From positions 960,001 through 1,024,000 of the forward strand of contig OY969561.1 of assembly GCA_963701085.1 (NCBI GenBank): 64,000 nucleotides of DNA, in the 5' to 3' direction. Under the pieces are notes generated by a model. That model made no database searches. It was given only the letters and a program-made list of their open reading frames with translations, and was not told where the DNA came from. Source of the DNA: an uncultured bacterium (GTDB lineage: Bacteria; Babelota; Babeliae; Babelales; Vermiphilaceae). Shown here one piece after another: positions 21,016-30,928 of this stretch. Both the position numbers and the translations under genes were made by a program. The first letter of the stretch is position 1. Every line of letters starts with the position of its first letter.

Positions 21016-21930
21016 ATGCTCCGTAAACATACCATCAATAAAAAATTTTTCCTCATAATAATAACTACACTTTTTTTCACCAACATAATCGCCAAAAATT
21101 TACCTATCGTGCTTGTTCATGGAATATTTTCGGATGAATATACCATGGTTCCTGCAGAAAAACATATCCAAGAATATCTTCCTGATGTATACGTTAAAAA
21201 TATCAGGCTTGGTGAAGGAAGAATAACATCACTCTTTAACATGCATGATCAAGTTGAATGGCTCAAACAAGAAATGGAAGCTGATGAACAACTGCAAGAT
21301 GGTTGCATAATAGTTGCACATTCTCAAGGCGGTCTTGTTGCCCGTTACTTTATTGAAAAATACAACAACCCGCGTGTGTATATCTATATTGCATGGGGAA
21401 CTCCTCAAGCAGGAATATTTGGAGCACCAGACAAAATTGATACGTATATTCCATGGTTAAAAATATTACAACAAATTTCTTATAAATTTGCATACTCCTC
21501 ATTAATGCAACGACTTATCAGCTTTGCCGGCTACTGGAAACATCCTTTGCATTATGAAAAATATTTACAAGGCTGCACCTTCTTACCCTTTGTAAACAAT
21601 GAAATAGATCATGCGGATGCCGCATTATTTAAAGAGAACATCTGCAATCTTGCATGCATGGTACTTGTGCTATCAACACAAGATGAAGTTGTTGTTCCTG
21701 TTTCATCATGTCATTTTGGATTTCATCCAATAGGATTCCCACAAGAAATTGAAGATCTCTTTGATTCTCAATGGTACAATGATGATGCCCTGGGACTCAA
21801 AACACTTGCTGAAAGTGGTCGATTACACCTCAAATTTGCTCACTGTCCTCATTCAGAATTACAATCAGACGAGTACAACTTTGTAGAAAACACATTGCCT
21901 TATTTAATATATGAGGTGCCAGTAACATAA
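21016..21930 (+). CDS. Palmitoyl-protein thioesterase (PPT1/PPT2-like alpha/beta hydrolase), signal peptide
   Basis: LPIVLVHG, HSQGG nucleophile, YWKHP, FLPFVNNE, QDEVVVP..S.HFGF, Y..DALGLK.L..SGRL, C-terminal His; colinear with eukaryotic PPT1. Confidence 0.85.
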   Translation: MLRKHTINKKFFLIIITTLFFTNIIAKNLPIVLVHGIFSDEYTMVPAEKHIQEYLPDVYVKNIRLGEGRITSLFNMHDQVEWLKQEMEADEQLQDGCIIVAHSQGGLVARYFIEKYNNPRVYIYIAWGTPQAGIFGAPDKIDTYIPWLKILQQISYKFAYSSLMQRLISFAGYWKHPLHYEKYLQGCTFLPFVNNEIDHADAALFKENICNLACMVLVLSTQDEVVVPVSSCHFGFHPIGFPQEIEDLFDSQWYNDDALGLKTLAESGRLHLKFAHCPHSELQSDEYNFVENTLPYLIYEVPVT

Positions 21931-21957
21931 ATATAGTTTAATTCATAAAGATTTTCT

Positions 21958-22031
21958 GCGCTCGTCCTGAACTTGTTGAAGGATGTCCTCGAGCGCTCGA
22001 AGACATCCTTCAACAAGTTCAGGACGAGCGC
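21958..22031. repeat. Near-perfect 74-bp palindromic REP-like element
   Basis: gcgctcgtcctgaacttgttgaaggatgtc...gacatccttcaacaagttcaggacgagcgc. Confidence 0.9.
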
Positions 22032-22080
22032 GATAAGATATTTTAAAAAAAATTTAATGAATATTTCTATAGGAATTACT

Positions 22081-22830
22081 ATGCCCTACCTCTATGTAGC
22101 CAACTGGAAAATGAATCTCTCTTTTACTCAAAGCATCAACTTCTGCAAAAATAATCTTGATGCATTACAACAATTATCAAGTGACACCACTGATATTGTG
22201 CTCTGCCCTTCTTTTATTGCACTTGCACCAATTGCTGAAATTTTTAAAAATCATTCTATTGCCATTGGCGCACAAGATTGTTCAGAACATGAATCTGGAG
22301 CCTATACGGGCGAAGTTTCTGCTGTATCACTTGCAGAAATTGGTATCAAATATTGCATAGTTGGCCACAGCGAACGACGCATGTACCATCATGAAACGAC
22401 TGAAAAAATTGTTAAAAAAATAAAACTTTTGTATGCAGACACTATTATACCCATTATCTGTATTGGTGAAGCACAAGAATATTTTGAATATAAAAAAACA
22501 TATACCATACTAACTGAGCAACTAGAACCAATACTTACTACAATAGCTCAGCAACAGGAACACTCAAAACATCTTATTATCGCCTATGAACCCATCTGGT
22601 CAATTGGCACTGGTATTATTCCAACGCCACAACAACTTACTGCTGTATGTGCATGGATTACGGAGCACATAAAACTGCACCTACCTGACCATACCATGCA
22701 ACTTCTGTATGGGGGCAGCGTTAATCAAAACAATATCGCAACATTAAAAAAAATACCGCCAATCAATGGTTTTTTGATTGGCGGTGCAAGTACTGATTTT
22801 GAGCAGTTTAAAAAAATAATTACCTTATAA
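22081..22830 (+). CDS. tpiA: Triosephosphate isomerase
   Basis: ANWKMN, GHSERR, AYEPIWSIGTG, YGGSV, GFLIGGAS; start moved to 22081 because 21973 lies inside the repeat. Confidence 0.95.
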   Translation: MPYLYVANWKMNLSFTQSINFCKNNLDALQQLSSDTTDIVLCPSFIALAPIAEIFKNHSIAIGAQDCSEHESGAYTGEVSAVSLAEIGIKYCIVGHSERRMYHHETTEKIVKKIKLLYADTIIPIICIGEAQEYFEYKKTYTILTEQLEPILTTIAQQQEHSKHLIIAYEPIWSIGTGIIPTPQQLTAVCAWITEHIKLHLPDHTMQLLYGGSVNQNNIATLKKIPPINGFLIGGASTDFEQFKKIITL

Positions 22831-23919
22831 ATCTTTTTTTATTAATTGACCAATACGATTACCAATAATTCTCTCAAGATTCTTTCGTGGAAAACCTTCA
22901 ATAGCTTTAAACGCTTTTGAATCTGATAAATTAACCAATTCAGCAACCCTTATGTAACTATTATCAAAAGCTTTTTGGCAAAGGTATGATGCTACTTCTG
23001 GTCTTTTGAATAACACTATCGCTTTACGATTATGAGCAACGTCTATCGGAAAAAATTCTGAATCAATAGGCATATAAGAATTAGTTACCATAGCACAATA
23101 ATTATCATGCTTATCACTAACTCTATACCTCTCTTCAAATATGCAAGAATAACCTCCTAGTAAAGCATTATTCTTATGTTCATAATCAACATAGTTATGC
23201 CCATTAACCCATTCTATACTTTCAATTTGTAGAGAATTGATTATCTCCCCTGTTTTCATATCCCATATTGAATGAATATTATTATCATCAGTTGCTCGCA
23301 AATATTTACCATTAGCAGACATACCTAAAGAAGATGGTTCTATATTTCCATGAGGACCATATAAAACAGTAAAATGTATATCCGATAACAACGTTGGCAT
23401 AATAGCTGTTAATTTCTTATTAATGTCCTTACCAAAAAATAATTTAGAAGCACCATTAGAAGCAATTCTTTGTGCGCCATTGTCATCACTATCAACATGC
23501 AACTCATCATCATACAGCTTATCGATAGTAAGACCTGTGATATCGTCTAATTCCTCAGTCTTTTTATACACCAAAGCCTGCATTAAATAATTCACGTACC
23601 AATGCTGCGCAACAAGCTTTTGCAATACACTCTTTTTATCCATATCTTTTGTAATATAGGACTCTATCTTATTCATCTCATCTGTAGCTTTTTGATACGT
23701 TAACAATTTATTTTTATACCAACTTACACATACACCAATCAATTTCCTAAAACAGACATCCTCATTAATTCCTAAATGATCTCTATCAATTATATCACGA
23801 ATATCCGCCGCATATATATCAGAATTAAGCTTGTTAACATCTTCATATTTCATTGCAAACAAACAAAAAGAGTTAAGCATTACAATATACAAAAAAGAAC
23901 GTTGTAGTCTTACCATCAA
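22825..23919 (-). CDS. Hypothetical secreted protein with a WD40-like segment
   Basis: Signal ...LFA-MK; SANGKYL...IWDMKTGE. Confidence 0.6.
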   Translation of the reverse strand: MMVRLQRSFLYIVMLNSFCLFAMKYEDVNKLNSDIYAADIRDIIDRDHLGINEDVCFRKLIGVCVSWYKNKLLTYQKATDEMNKIESYITKDMDKKSVLQKLVAQHWYVNYLMQALVYKKTEELDDITGLTIDKLYDDELHVDSDDNGAQRIASNGASKLFFGKDINKKLTAIMPTLLSDIHFTVLYGPHGNIEPSSLGMSANGKYLRATDDNNIHSIWDMKTGEIINSLQIESIEWVNGHNYVDYEHKNNALLGGYSCIFEERYRVSDKHDNYCAMVTNSYMPIDSEFFPIDVAHNRKAIVLFKRPEVASYLCQKAFDNSYIRVAELVNLSDSKAFKAIEGFPRKNLERIIGNRIGQLIKKDL

Positions 23920-23943
23920 AATATCCTTGAAAAAATTAATAAG

Positions 23944-24756
23944 TTAATCCACTTTTTCTTTTCCAACATCAACAATACTACTTTCCATTTCTGTCAATGA
24001 GATAAAATCCTTTGCTCTAAACCCATGTCGCTGATCTTCTTCTTCATCTGTTTCTCTTAAATAATCATTAATTTTTGAGCTCAAACCAAGATAACAACCC
24101 AACGGTATTAAAAGTGGAATAGGTATACATTCACTGGGAGGATTCAACATAAACCAAAGATAACATTGTAAAAAACAGCAACTATACATTCCGCAACATG
24201 CCACATTATGTCTTACATGGTCTTTATTATCCCATAAAGCATTCATGAAAACATCTTTCATATCCGATGGTTGTCCATAACATACATTGCGCGTCATACT
24301 TGTACCATATTTTTCAGCAATTTTTTGTCTTACCTTCAGCGGCAAACCTATAACACGTTCTGCCATTTTATGTGCAAAATATCTATCTCCCCCTTCTATT
24401 CTCAATTTTTCACTATTTTTTACCGTTTTCAATACATACCATAATGTTTGTTTATTCTCTTCATTTAAAAACGAAATATCACAAACACTCTCAAAAATTT
24501 TACTATATTTTGTTGTTATTTTTTGTTCAGATATTTTTACATTATTATTGTTTTTTTCAGACAAAAAATAGGGATATGCTCGGTCATCCTTTTTACCAAA
24601 ACAACAGAGACTTTTTTCATCTCTTCTCTTATATTCCCAATCTTGCTCTATCTGTCCAACTTGTTCCATAGCCTGCAGAGAAAAAGAATAGCTTAACAAC
24701 ATTACATTGAACGTAAAAAGATATAAAAAAGATTGCTTAATACATTTCACCATCAA
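23944..24756 (-). CDS. Hypothetical secreted protein with C-terminal TM hairpin (distant paralog of next two)
   Basis: SLQA-ME; QTLWYVL, LPLKVRQKIAEKYG shared with 24896 and 25876 proteins. Confidence 0.7.
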   Translation of the reverse strand: MMVKCIKQSFLYLFTFNVMLLSYSFSLQAMEQVGQIEQDWEYKRRDEKSLCCFGKKDDRAYPYFLSEKNNNNVKISEQKITTKYSKIFESVCDISFLNEENKQTLWYVLKTVKNSEKLRIEGGDRYFAHKMAERVIGLPLKVRQKIAEKYGTSMTRNVCYGQPSDMKDVFMNALWDNKDHVRHNVACCGMYSCCFLQCYLWFMLNPPSECIPIPLLIPLGCYLGLSSKINDYLRETDEEEDQRHGFRAKDFISLTEMESSIVDVGKEKVD

Positions 24757-24895
24757 AAACTCCTTTGGAAAAAATTAAAATGTTATCATTTTATAGCATA
24801 GGTATTGGAAAAAGTCATCGTTAAAAACACAAAAATCCAACAGATTGTTGGATTCTTAACCATGCTCTCAATGGACTTTTTTTTATCAAATACTT

Positions 24896-25801
24896 CTATT
24901 TTTGAACAATCTCATATTCCATTTCTTGCAACAAAGGAATTTTCACTAACTCAGTTCGATATTTTTTGTCTTCAGGTGTTTCATATAACCAATAAAGAAC
25001 ACTTTTTTTCAGACCAAAATAAAACAATATAGTTGTCACCACCATAGTTGTCACCTCTGAAAAATCTGGTACTGGCCCACCACCTAAAATCTCCCATAAA
25101 ATAGCTTGAGGTGGAATTGAAAGAAGAGATGCCATGCTTGCCGAGGAATATGCAAAAAAATTCTTAGCCTCTTCATCATCCAAGCTCCACCTAGCCCCGC
25201 ATATTGGTTGATTATGTAGACTACTTTCCATTGTTTCACCATACTTTTGAACAATTTTTTTTCTTATTGATAAAGGCAAATTCAAAATATTTTGAGACAT
25301 TTTTTGTGAGAAATCTTTATCTAATCCTTCTATTATGATCCGCTCTCTACCTTCTACATCATGCAACACATACCATAATCCTTGTTTCTGTTCTTTTTTT
25401 AAATACAAAATATCAAATGTAGTAAGATTAAAAACTTGTTGGCTTTCCTGTATTAATAGTTCATCAGGCGAAATCATTTCTGCATAACCTGCATAACAAT
25501 ACTCTAATATTTTATTTGTTACATCGCGTGGAATGCCTACATCTTGCATTGTTTTTGCCCAAAGCAATTCATCACAAAAAGAACGCTTTAATTGATCCCT
25601 ATCTTTTTTGGGTATAAAATATGGATATTGAGGCCTATTTCCTCCAGAAATGATTTTATCCAAACAACCTGTACGATATTCCCAATCCCCATAAACTTCC
25701 ATATCCTGCATTTCTTTTGGATCCCTCGCCCTTTTCATCGCTTGTAAAGAAATGGAAATAGTCACCAAGCCTATTATTAAAAAATTAACATGATGCATCA
25801 T
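24896..25801 (-). CDS. Hypothetical secreted protein, tandem duplicate A
   Basis: SLQA-MK; GIPRDVTNKILEY; highly similar to 25876-26784. Confidence 0.75.
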   Translation of the reverse strand: MMHHVNFLIIGLVTISISLQAMKRARDPKEMQDMEVYGDWEYRTGCLDKIISGGNRPQYPYFIPKKDRDQLKRSFCDELLWAKTMQDVGIPRDVTNKILEYCYAGYAEMISPDELLIQESQQVFNLTTFDILYLKKEQKQGLWYVLHDVEGRERIIIEGLDKDFSQKMSQNILNLPLSIRKKIVQKYGETMESSLHNQPICGARWSLDDEEAKNFFAYSSASMASLLSIPPQAILWEILGGGPVPDFSEVTTMVVTTILFYFGLKKSVLYWLYETPEDKKYRTELVKIPLLQEMEYEIVQK

Positions 25802-25875
25802 AAAAAACCTTACATCCTAAACTGTTGCATATAATGTAAAATGTTCCCAATGGACTTTTTTTTTATCAAATACTT

Positions 25876-26784
25876 CTATTTTTGAACAATCTCACATTCC
25901 ATTTCTTGCAACAAAGGAATTTTCACTAAATTAGTTCGATATCTTTTTTCTTCAGGTGTTTCATATAACCAATACAGAATACTTTTGTTCAGGCAACAAT
26001 AAAACAATATAATTGCAGAACAACGTTGTTCTGCCCCAAAACCTAAAGCATCCCATAAACAACTTTGAAGTGGAATTGAAAAAAAAGATACCGCTTTTGC
26101 CAAGCAAGATGCAAAAGAAGCCTTATTTTCTTCATCATCCAAGCACCCCCTAGCCCCGAATCTTGGCGTATTATGTAGACTACTCTCCATTGTTTTACCA
26201 TACTTATGAACAATTTTTTTTCTTATTGATAAAGGCAAACTCAAAATATTTTGAGACATTTTTTGTGAAAAATCTTTATCTAATCCTTCTATTGTAATCT
26301 GATTTCTATCCCCTACATCATGCAACACATACCATAATGCTTGTTTCTGCTCTTTTTTTAAACACAAAACATCAAGTGTAGTAAGATTAAAAACTTGTTG
26401 GCTTTTCTGTATTAATGGTTCATTAGACAAAATCATTTCTACATAACAATACTCTAGTATTTTATTTGTTACATCGCGTGGAATACCTACATCTTGCATT
26501 TTTTTTGCCAAAAGCAATTCATTGCAAAAAGAACGCTTTGATTGATCCCTATCTTTTTCGGGTACAAAATATGGATATCGAGGCCTATTTCTTCCAACAG
26601 TAAATTGATCCAAAACACCTGTATGATATTCCCAATCCCCATAAGATAGTCTTCTTGCTTCTATAGCCAGCATTTCTTCTCTCGTTCTTTTCATCGCTTG
26701 CAAAGAAGTGGAAATAGTCACTAAGCCTATTATTAAAAAATTAACATGTTGCATCATAAAGAACCTCAAAAATATAGTAACCAT
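25876..26784 (-). CDS. Hypothetical secreted protein, tandem duplicate B
   Basis: Long identical stretches with A; likely start at MMQHVNF. Confidence 0.75.
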   Translation of the reverse strand: MVTIFLRFFMMQHVNFLIIGLVTISTSLQAMKRTREEMLAIEARRLSYGDWEYHTGVLDQFTVGRNRPRYPYFVPEKDRDQSKRSFCNELLLAKKMQDVGIPRDVTNKILEYCYVEMILSNEPLIQKSQQVFNLTTLDVLCLKKEQKQALWYVLHDVGDRNQITIEGLDKDFSQKMSQNILSLPLSIRKKIVHKYGKTMESSLHNTPRFGARGCLDDEENKASFASCLAKAVSFFSIPLQSCLWDALGFGAEQRCSAIILFYCCLNKSILYWLYETPEEKRYRTNLVKIPLLQEMECEIVQK

Positions 26785-26820
26785 TCTATTAATATCACGA
26801 ATTATATCATATTTTAGTAA

Positions 26821-26906
26821 ACATTAAAAAATTACACATCAATGGCTTTTTAATTGGCAGTGCCAGTACTAATTTTGAGAGCTTTGCGGAAATTATCACA
26901 CAATAA
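26821..26906 (+). pseudogene. Displaced duplicate of tpiA 3' end
   Basis: Reads INGFLIGSASTNFESFAEIITQ* vs tpiA INGFLIGGASTDFEQFKKIITL*. Confidence 0.85.
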
Positions 26907-27150
26907 TCCAACAGCCTGTTGAATTATTAAACATTCTCCCAATCGTTTTTTTTAAGCATATTTTATGCAAAAAGTCTCACAAACTGTGAGACTTTTAAAC
27001 ATGCTGTTAATCGCTACTTTTGATAATATTTATATATAGAGTCCCACAAGCTGTGGGACTCTTAAATATGCTTCCAATCATTATTTTAAACATATTTATT
27101 CAATTATCCCACAGCTTGTAGGACAAATAAATATTCTCCCAATCGTTATT
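26902..27150. repeat. Four tandem 65-68 bp units each centred on a palindrome
   Basis: Palindrome centres at 26915, 26983, 27050 and 27115, each followed by taaaYatKctYYYaatc. Confidence 0.8.
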
Positions 27151-27325
27151 GACATATGCTATGATAATAAAAAAATTTCATTCTAAGGACACCGCTAATA
27201 ATCACCAAAAAAGAAACCTGCACCAGCAAAAAAACCAACCAAAAAAACTAAAAAACCCTAATTTTATAAAAATTTTAAACATGCTATACTCACACTAATC
27301 ACTACAATAATAAGAAGGAAAATAT

Positions 27326-27649
27326 ATGTTATACGGACTCTTACTAACACTGTACCTCACTAATTGCTTTTTTCTCGTCCTCATTATTCTCATGCAAAAA
27401 GGAAAAAGTGGCTTAGGCTTGGGCGGCCTTGGTGGCGGTGCTCAAATGCTTTTTGGTGGTAGCGGCGGACAAGATCTTTTTCAAAAAATTACCTGGGTGC
27501 TTGGTACAATTTTTATATCTGGTGCAATGTTACTTTCTCTCATGAAATCATCAGAACATAAAAAATTCAGATATCTTGCTTCTAACAAAACAATAACTCA
27601 GCAAGTTGCTCAACAAAATACGCCTACATCAACAGAAGAGTCTGAATAA
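27326..27649 (+). CDS. secG: Preprotein translocase subunit SecG
   Basis: ILMQKGKSGLG..GG..LFGGSG..LFQKITW. Confidence 0.9.
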   Translation: MLYGLLLTLYLTNCFFLVLIILMQKGKSGLGLGGLGGGAQMLFGGSGGQDLFQKITWVLGTIFISGAMLLSLMKSSEHKKFRYLASNKTITQQVAQQNTPTSTEESE

Positions 27650-27687
27650 AAAACTACAATCTTTGTTAATGAAAAAAAAGGTGTCGA

Positions 27688-28467
27688 GTGATAATTCACT
27701 TTATTAATTTTTTGGGTAGATTCACCTTGGACATATGTGCTTCAACGGGTCAATTTACCCTTTTTCTTGTGGAAGCAGTAAAAACATCTGTTACCTCAAA
27801 ACTCAAGGTTTCCAAAACATTTGCCCAAATGAATCGTATTGGTGTTGAGTCTCTCAGCATTGTCCTTTTGACCGGTTTATTCACCGGGATGGTTCTTGCT
27901 CTCCAAACATACATTGGCTTTCAGCGTGTTGGTGGAGAGCAGTTTATTGGCGCAATCGTAGCGCTGGGACTTATTCGCGAACTTGGGCCAGTTTTAACCG
28001 CTCTGATGGTAACAGGCCGTGCAGGATCAGCTATTACCGCTGAAATTGGCACCATGATAATTACTGAACAAGTTGATGCATTAACAACACTGCGCATTAA
28101 TGTGTTTCAATATTTAGTTGTACCACGCATCATTGCAAGCACATTTATTTTGCCGTTTCTAACACTTTTTTCTATGTTTTTTGGCATCATAGGCGGCTAC
28201 ATAGTATGCGTGCATGTATTGGAATTAAGCCCAGAAGATTATGAAAGTAGCATTCGCAACTATGTTGAATTGGCCGATATAAAAGGTGGTCTTAAAAAAG
28301 CCGCTGTATTTGGTTTAATTCTTTCATGGGTTGGCACCTACAAAGGAATGTATACCCATGGTGGTGCGCGTGGCGTTGGTATTGCAACCACACAAAGCGT
28401 TGTTGCTAGTTCAATATTAATTTTAATCACCAACTACTTCTTAACCAAACTCCTTGAACATCTCTAA
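27688..28467 (+). CDS. mlaE: MlaE family ABC permease
   Basis: RELGPVLTALMVTGRAGSAITAEIGTM..TEQVDAL; GGARGVGIATT. Confidence 0.92.
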   Translation: MIIHFINFLGRFTLDICASTGQFTLFLVEAVKTSVTSKLKVSKTFAQMNRIGVESLSIVLLTGLFTGMVLALQTYIGFQRVGGEQFIGAIVALGLIRELGPVLTALMVTGRAGSAITAEIGTMIITEQVDALTTLRINVFQYLVVPRIIASTFILPFLTLFSMFFGIIGGYIVCVHVLELSPEDYESSIRNYVELADIKGGLKKAAVFGLILSWVGTYKGMYTHGGARGVGIATTQSVVASSILILITNYFLTKLLEHL

Positions 28468-28481
28468 AAAAGAACTTCGCC

Positions 28482-29277
28482 ATGAAAAAAGAGAACTCCA
28501 GCAAAACCAAAATTAAAATTATCGATTTACAAAAAGAATTTGAGGGCCATTGGGTTACTCGAGGAGTCAATCTCGATATCCCTGAAGGATTAATGACGGT
28601 GATCATTGGTCGATCAGGCGAAGGTAAATCAGTATTACTCAAGCAAGTTATTGGGCTCATTAAGCCAACATCAGGAACTATTATTGTTGATGGCATGGAT
28701 ATCACCAAACTGTCTGGTGATGAATTAAATGAATGCTACAAAAAATTTGGCTATGTATTCCAGTTTGCAGCACTTCTTGATTCACTTCAATGTTTTTGAA
28801 AATATTGGCATAACGCTTATTGAACAAGGCATATCACATGCGCAAATTTTGCCTATTGTTAAAGAAAAATTAAAATTAGTACAATTATCAGAAGACACCT
28901 TAGAAAAATATCCCTCAGAACTATCTGGTGGTATGAGAAAACGTGTTGGATTAGCGCGCACACTAGTCGCTAATCCTGAAATTATTTTATACGACGAACC
29001 TACAACCGGCCTTGACCCTATCACTTCTCGCGTTATTCACGAACTCATGTTTGATATGCAAAAACGTCTCAAAATAACCTCTGTTATTATTTCTCATGAT
29101 GTGGAAACATTTAAATATGCAGATAAAGTTGCGCTGCTGCATGATGGAGAAATTAGATATTTTGGTGATGCAAAAACAATATGGGAATCAGATAATCCAT
29201 ATATCTATCAATTTATCCGTGGATTAACTGAGGGTCCCATTACTAAAGAAATTACTTATTTTAAAGATAAAGAGTAG
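28482..29277 (+). CDS. mlaF: MlaF family ABC ATPase (frameshift near 28790)
   Basis: [41 protein letters not shown]. Confidence 0.88.
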
Positions 29278-29300
29278 CCGATATACCATTTTTCTTTAAA

Positions 29301-30236
29301 TTACTGTCTAATTTTACCACCATGCTTTTCAAACAAACTAATGATGGCAGTAAGTGTGTCTTTTTCATAAGACATTACGTGATCACGATCTAATCTTTTG
29401 CATGCTGAACTAAGAGGAGTATCTCCATTCTCATTTGTCGCATTAATTAATTCAGGAGCAGCTTTAAGTAATAACTTACCAATTCTTACATAATCAACAC
29501 TGCTTACTGAATAGCTCCATCCACAACAAACAAGCTTATGCAATACACAATCCCCAGTTAGAGTTTTTCTTTTTTTTGCATCAACATTGTGAGTCAGATA
29601 AAACTCTATCAATTCGGGCGAACAATGATGTAAGATAGTGTACCATAAAACATTTGGCTCATGATAGCCTTCTGCATTCACATCAACACGATCAATAAAC
29701 ATTTCTAATATATCAACATTTTTTATAACAAACCAATCTGGATCTTCATATAAACCTTGCTGATTTGGATTAGCATTATTCTCAAATAACGCAGCAATCA
29801 TCTCTTTATCTTTTCGATATATTGCTCGCTGAAGTAAAGAATCCCTGCTGCATACAGCATTATCAGCACCTGCATACACTAATAAGAATGCCGCACGGCG
29901 TTTATTCCAATACGTTATATCATTCATACTTTGTAACAATTTTTTCATAACTTTATTTTTTTCTGCAATATTGTAGTTTTTACAGAATTTACCGACCATA
30001 GCAGGTGATATCAGTTCATTAAAATGCTTGCAGGTAGTGCTTAACGCTAAAGTAGTTTTAACAGTATCTTCTAAGAATTTTCCATTACAGATAATTGGTA
30101 TTACCATCTCATGAGGCAAGTCTGGCAATGTAAGTGTCCTTTCCATGCCAGATATATGCATAGAAGTCATTAAAAAAGTCATTGCTAATAATGCAGTAAC
30201 AGTAATAGTCTTGCTCGTCATGTAAAAATCTTTCAT
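29301..30236 (-). CDS. Secreted ankyrin-repeat protein with N-terminal F-box-like motif
   Basis: Signal ...ISG-ME; LPDLPHEMVIPII...LSTTCKHFN; ankyrin motifs NANPN, VDVNA, GDCVLH, NENGDTPL. Confidence 0.8.
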   Translation of the reverse strand: MKDFYMTSKTITVTALLAMTFLMTSMHISGMERTLTLPDLPHEMVIPIICNGKFLEDTVKTTLALSTTCKHFNELISPAMVGKFCKNYNIAEKNKVMKKLLQSMNDITYWNKRRAAFLLVYAGADNAVCSRDSLLQRAIYRKDKEMIAALFENNANPNQQGLYEDPDWFVIKNVDILEMFIDRVDVNAEGYHEPNVLWYTILHHCSPELIEFYLTHNVDAKKRKTLTGDCVLHKLVCCGWSYSVSSVDYVRIGKLLLKAAPELINATNENGDTPLSSACKRLDRDHVMSYEKDTLTAIISLFEKHGGKIRQ

Positions 30237-30257
30237 TAATTATGATACAAATATTAT

Positions 30258-30315
30258 GTGGATTAACTGAAAGCTCATTACTACAGAAATTTCTTATTTT
30301 AGAGATAAAAAATAG
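30258..30315 (+). pseudogene. Displaced duplicate of mlaF 3' end
   Basis: gtggattaactga..attacta.agaaatt.cttatttta.agataaa..tag aligns with 29219-29277. Confidence 0.8.
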
Positions 30316-30317
30316 TT

Positions 30318-30839
30318 TTACTTTTGAAAATCTTTGTATAACATACTCGGCTGGATGCCACGATTATTTTGGTATTTATTGCTGGAATATGTTACATAAT
30401 CACCTTCAATGGTGTGATAAAAAATTTGGCATATTTCAACGCCAGCATAAATACGCACTGGTCTTACGCAGAATATTTCTAGTGTCCAATAACCGCGAAA
30501 CCCAACATCACCAAAACCAGCAGTAACATGAATAAAGAGACCCAAGCGGCCAATTGACGAACGTCCCTCAATCATAGGAACTAATGTATTTGTTTTGGTG
30601 TATTCAACAGTTCTACCCAAATAAAGTTGGCCAGCTTCTAATAACAATCCTTCTTCAGGAATAGTAATTGTCTTAATTTGATGCTCTTTTTTCATATCAA
30701 GATGTGGCTCATCATACACCAATAATTCATTATGCAAGCGTAAATTATAACTGTTTGGACCAAGCTGAGACAGATTAAATGGCTCTATAAAAAGTTCTTT
30801 TCCCAAGCGCCGTCTAATTTCATTTCCTGAAAGAATCAT
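30318..30839 (-). CDS. dcd: dCTP deaminase
   Basis: MILSG, PNSYNLRL, EGRSSIGRLGL, TAGFGDVGF, KYQN. Confidence 0.92.
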   Translation of the reverse strand: MILSGNEIRRRLGKELFIEPFNLSQLGPNSYNLRLHNELLVYDEPHLDMKKEHQIKTITIPEEGLLLEAGQLYLGRTVEYTKTNTLVPMIEGRSSIGRLGLFIHVTAGFGDVGFRGYWTLEIFCVRPVRIYAGVEICQIFYHTIEGDYVTYSSNKYQNNRGIQPSMLYKDFQK

Positions 30840-30928
30840 AACTCTCCTTGTTGAACTCATTAAAAGATCATGTTAACGTATATAATAAGTTAGCAGGATT
30901 ATTTTTTTAAGTAAAAAAGATACTGATT

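Noticed and set aside
21973-22080. N-terminal extension of TpiA
   Set aside because: Derived from the palindromic repeat; canonical start at 22081.
24834-24854. Integron attC site (RYYYAAC...GTTRRRY match)
   Set aside because: Cores only 5 nt apart, far shorter than attC; no integron integrase seen.
26902-27150. CRISPR array
   Set aside because: Palindromes differ between units while the intervening parts are similar, opposite to CRISPR; no cas genes in window.
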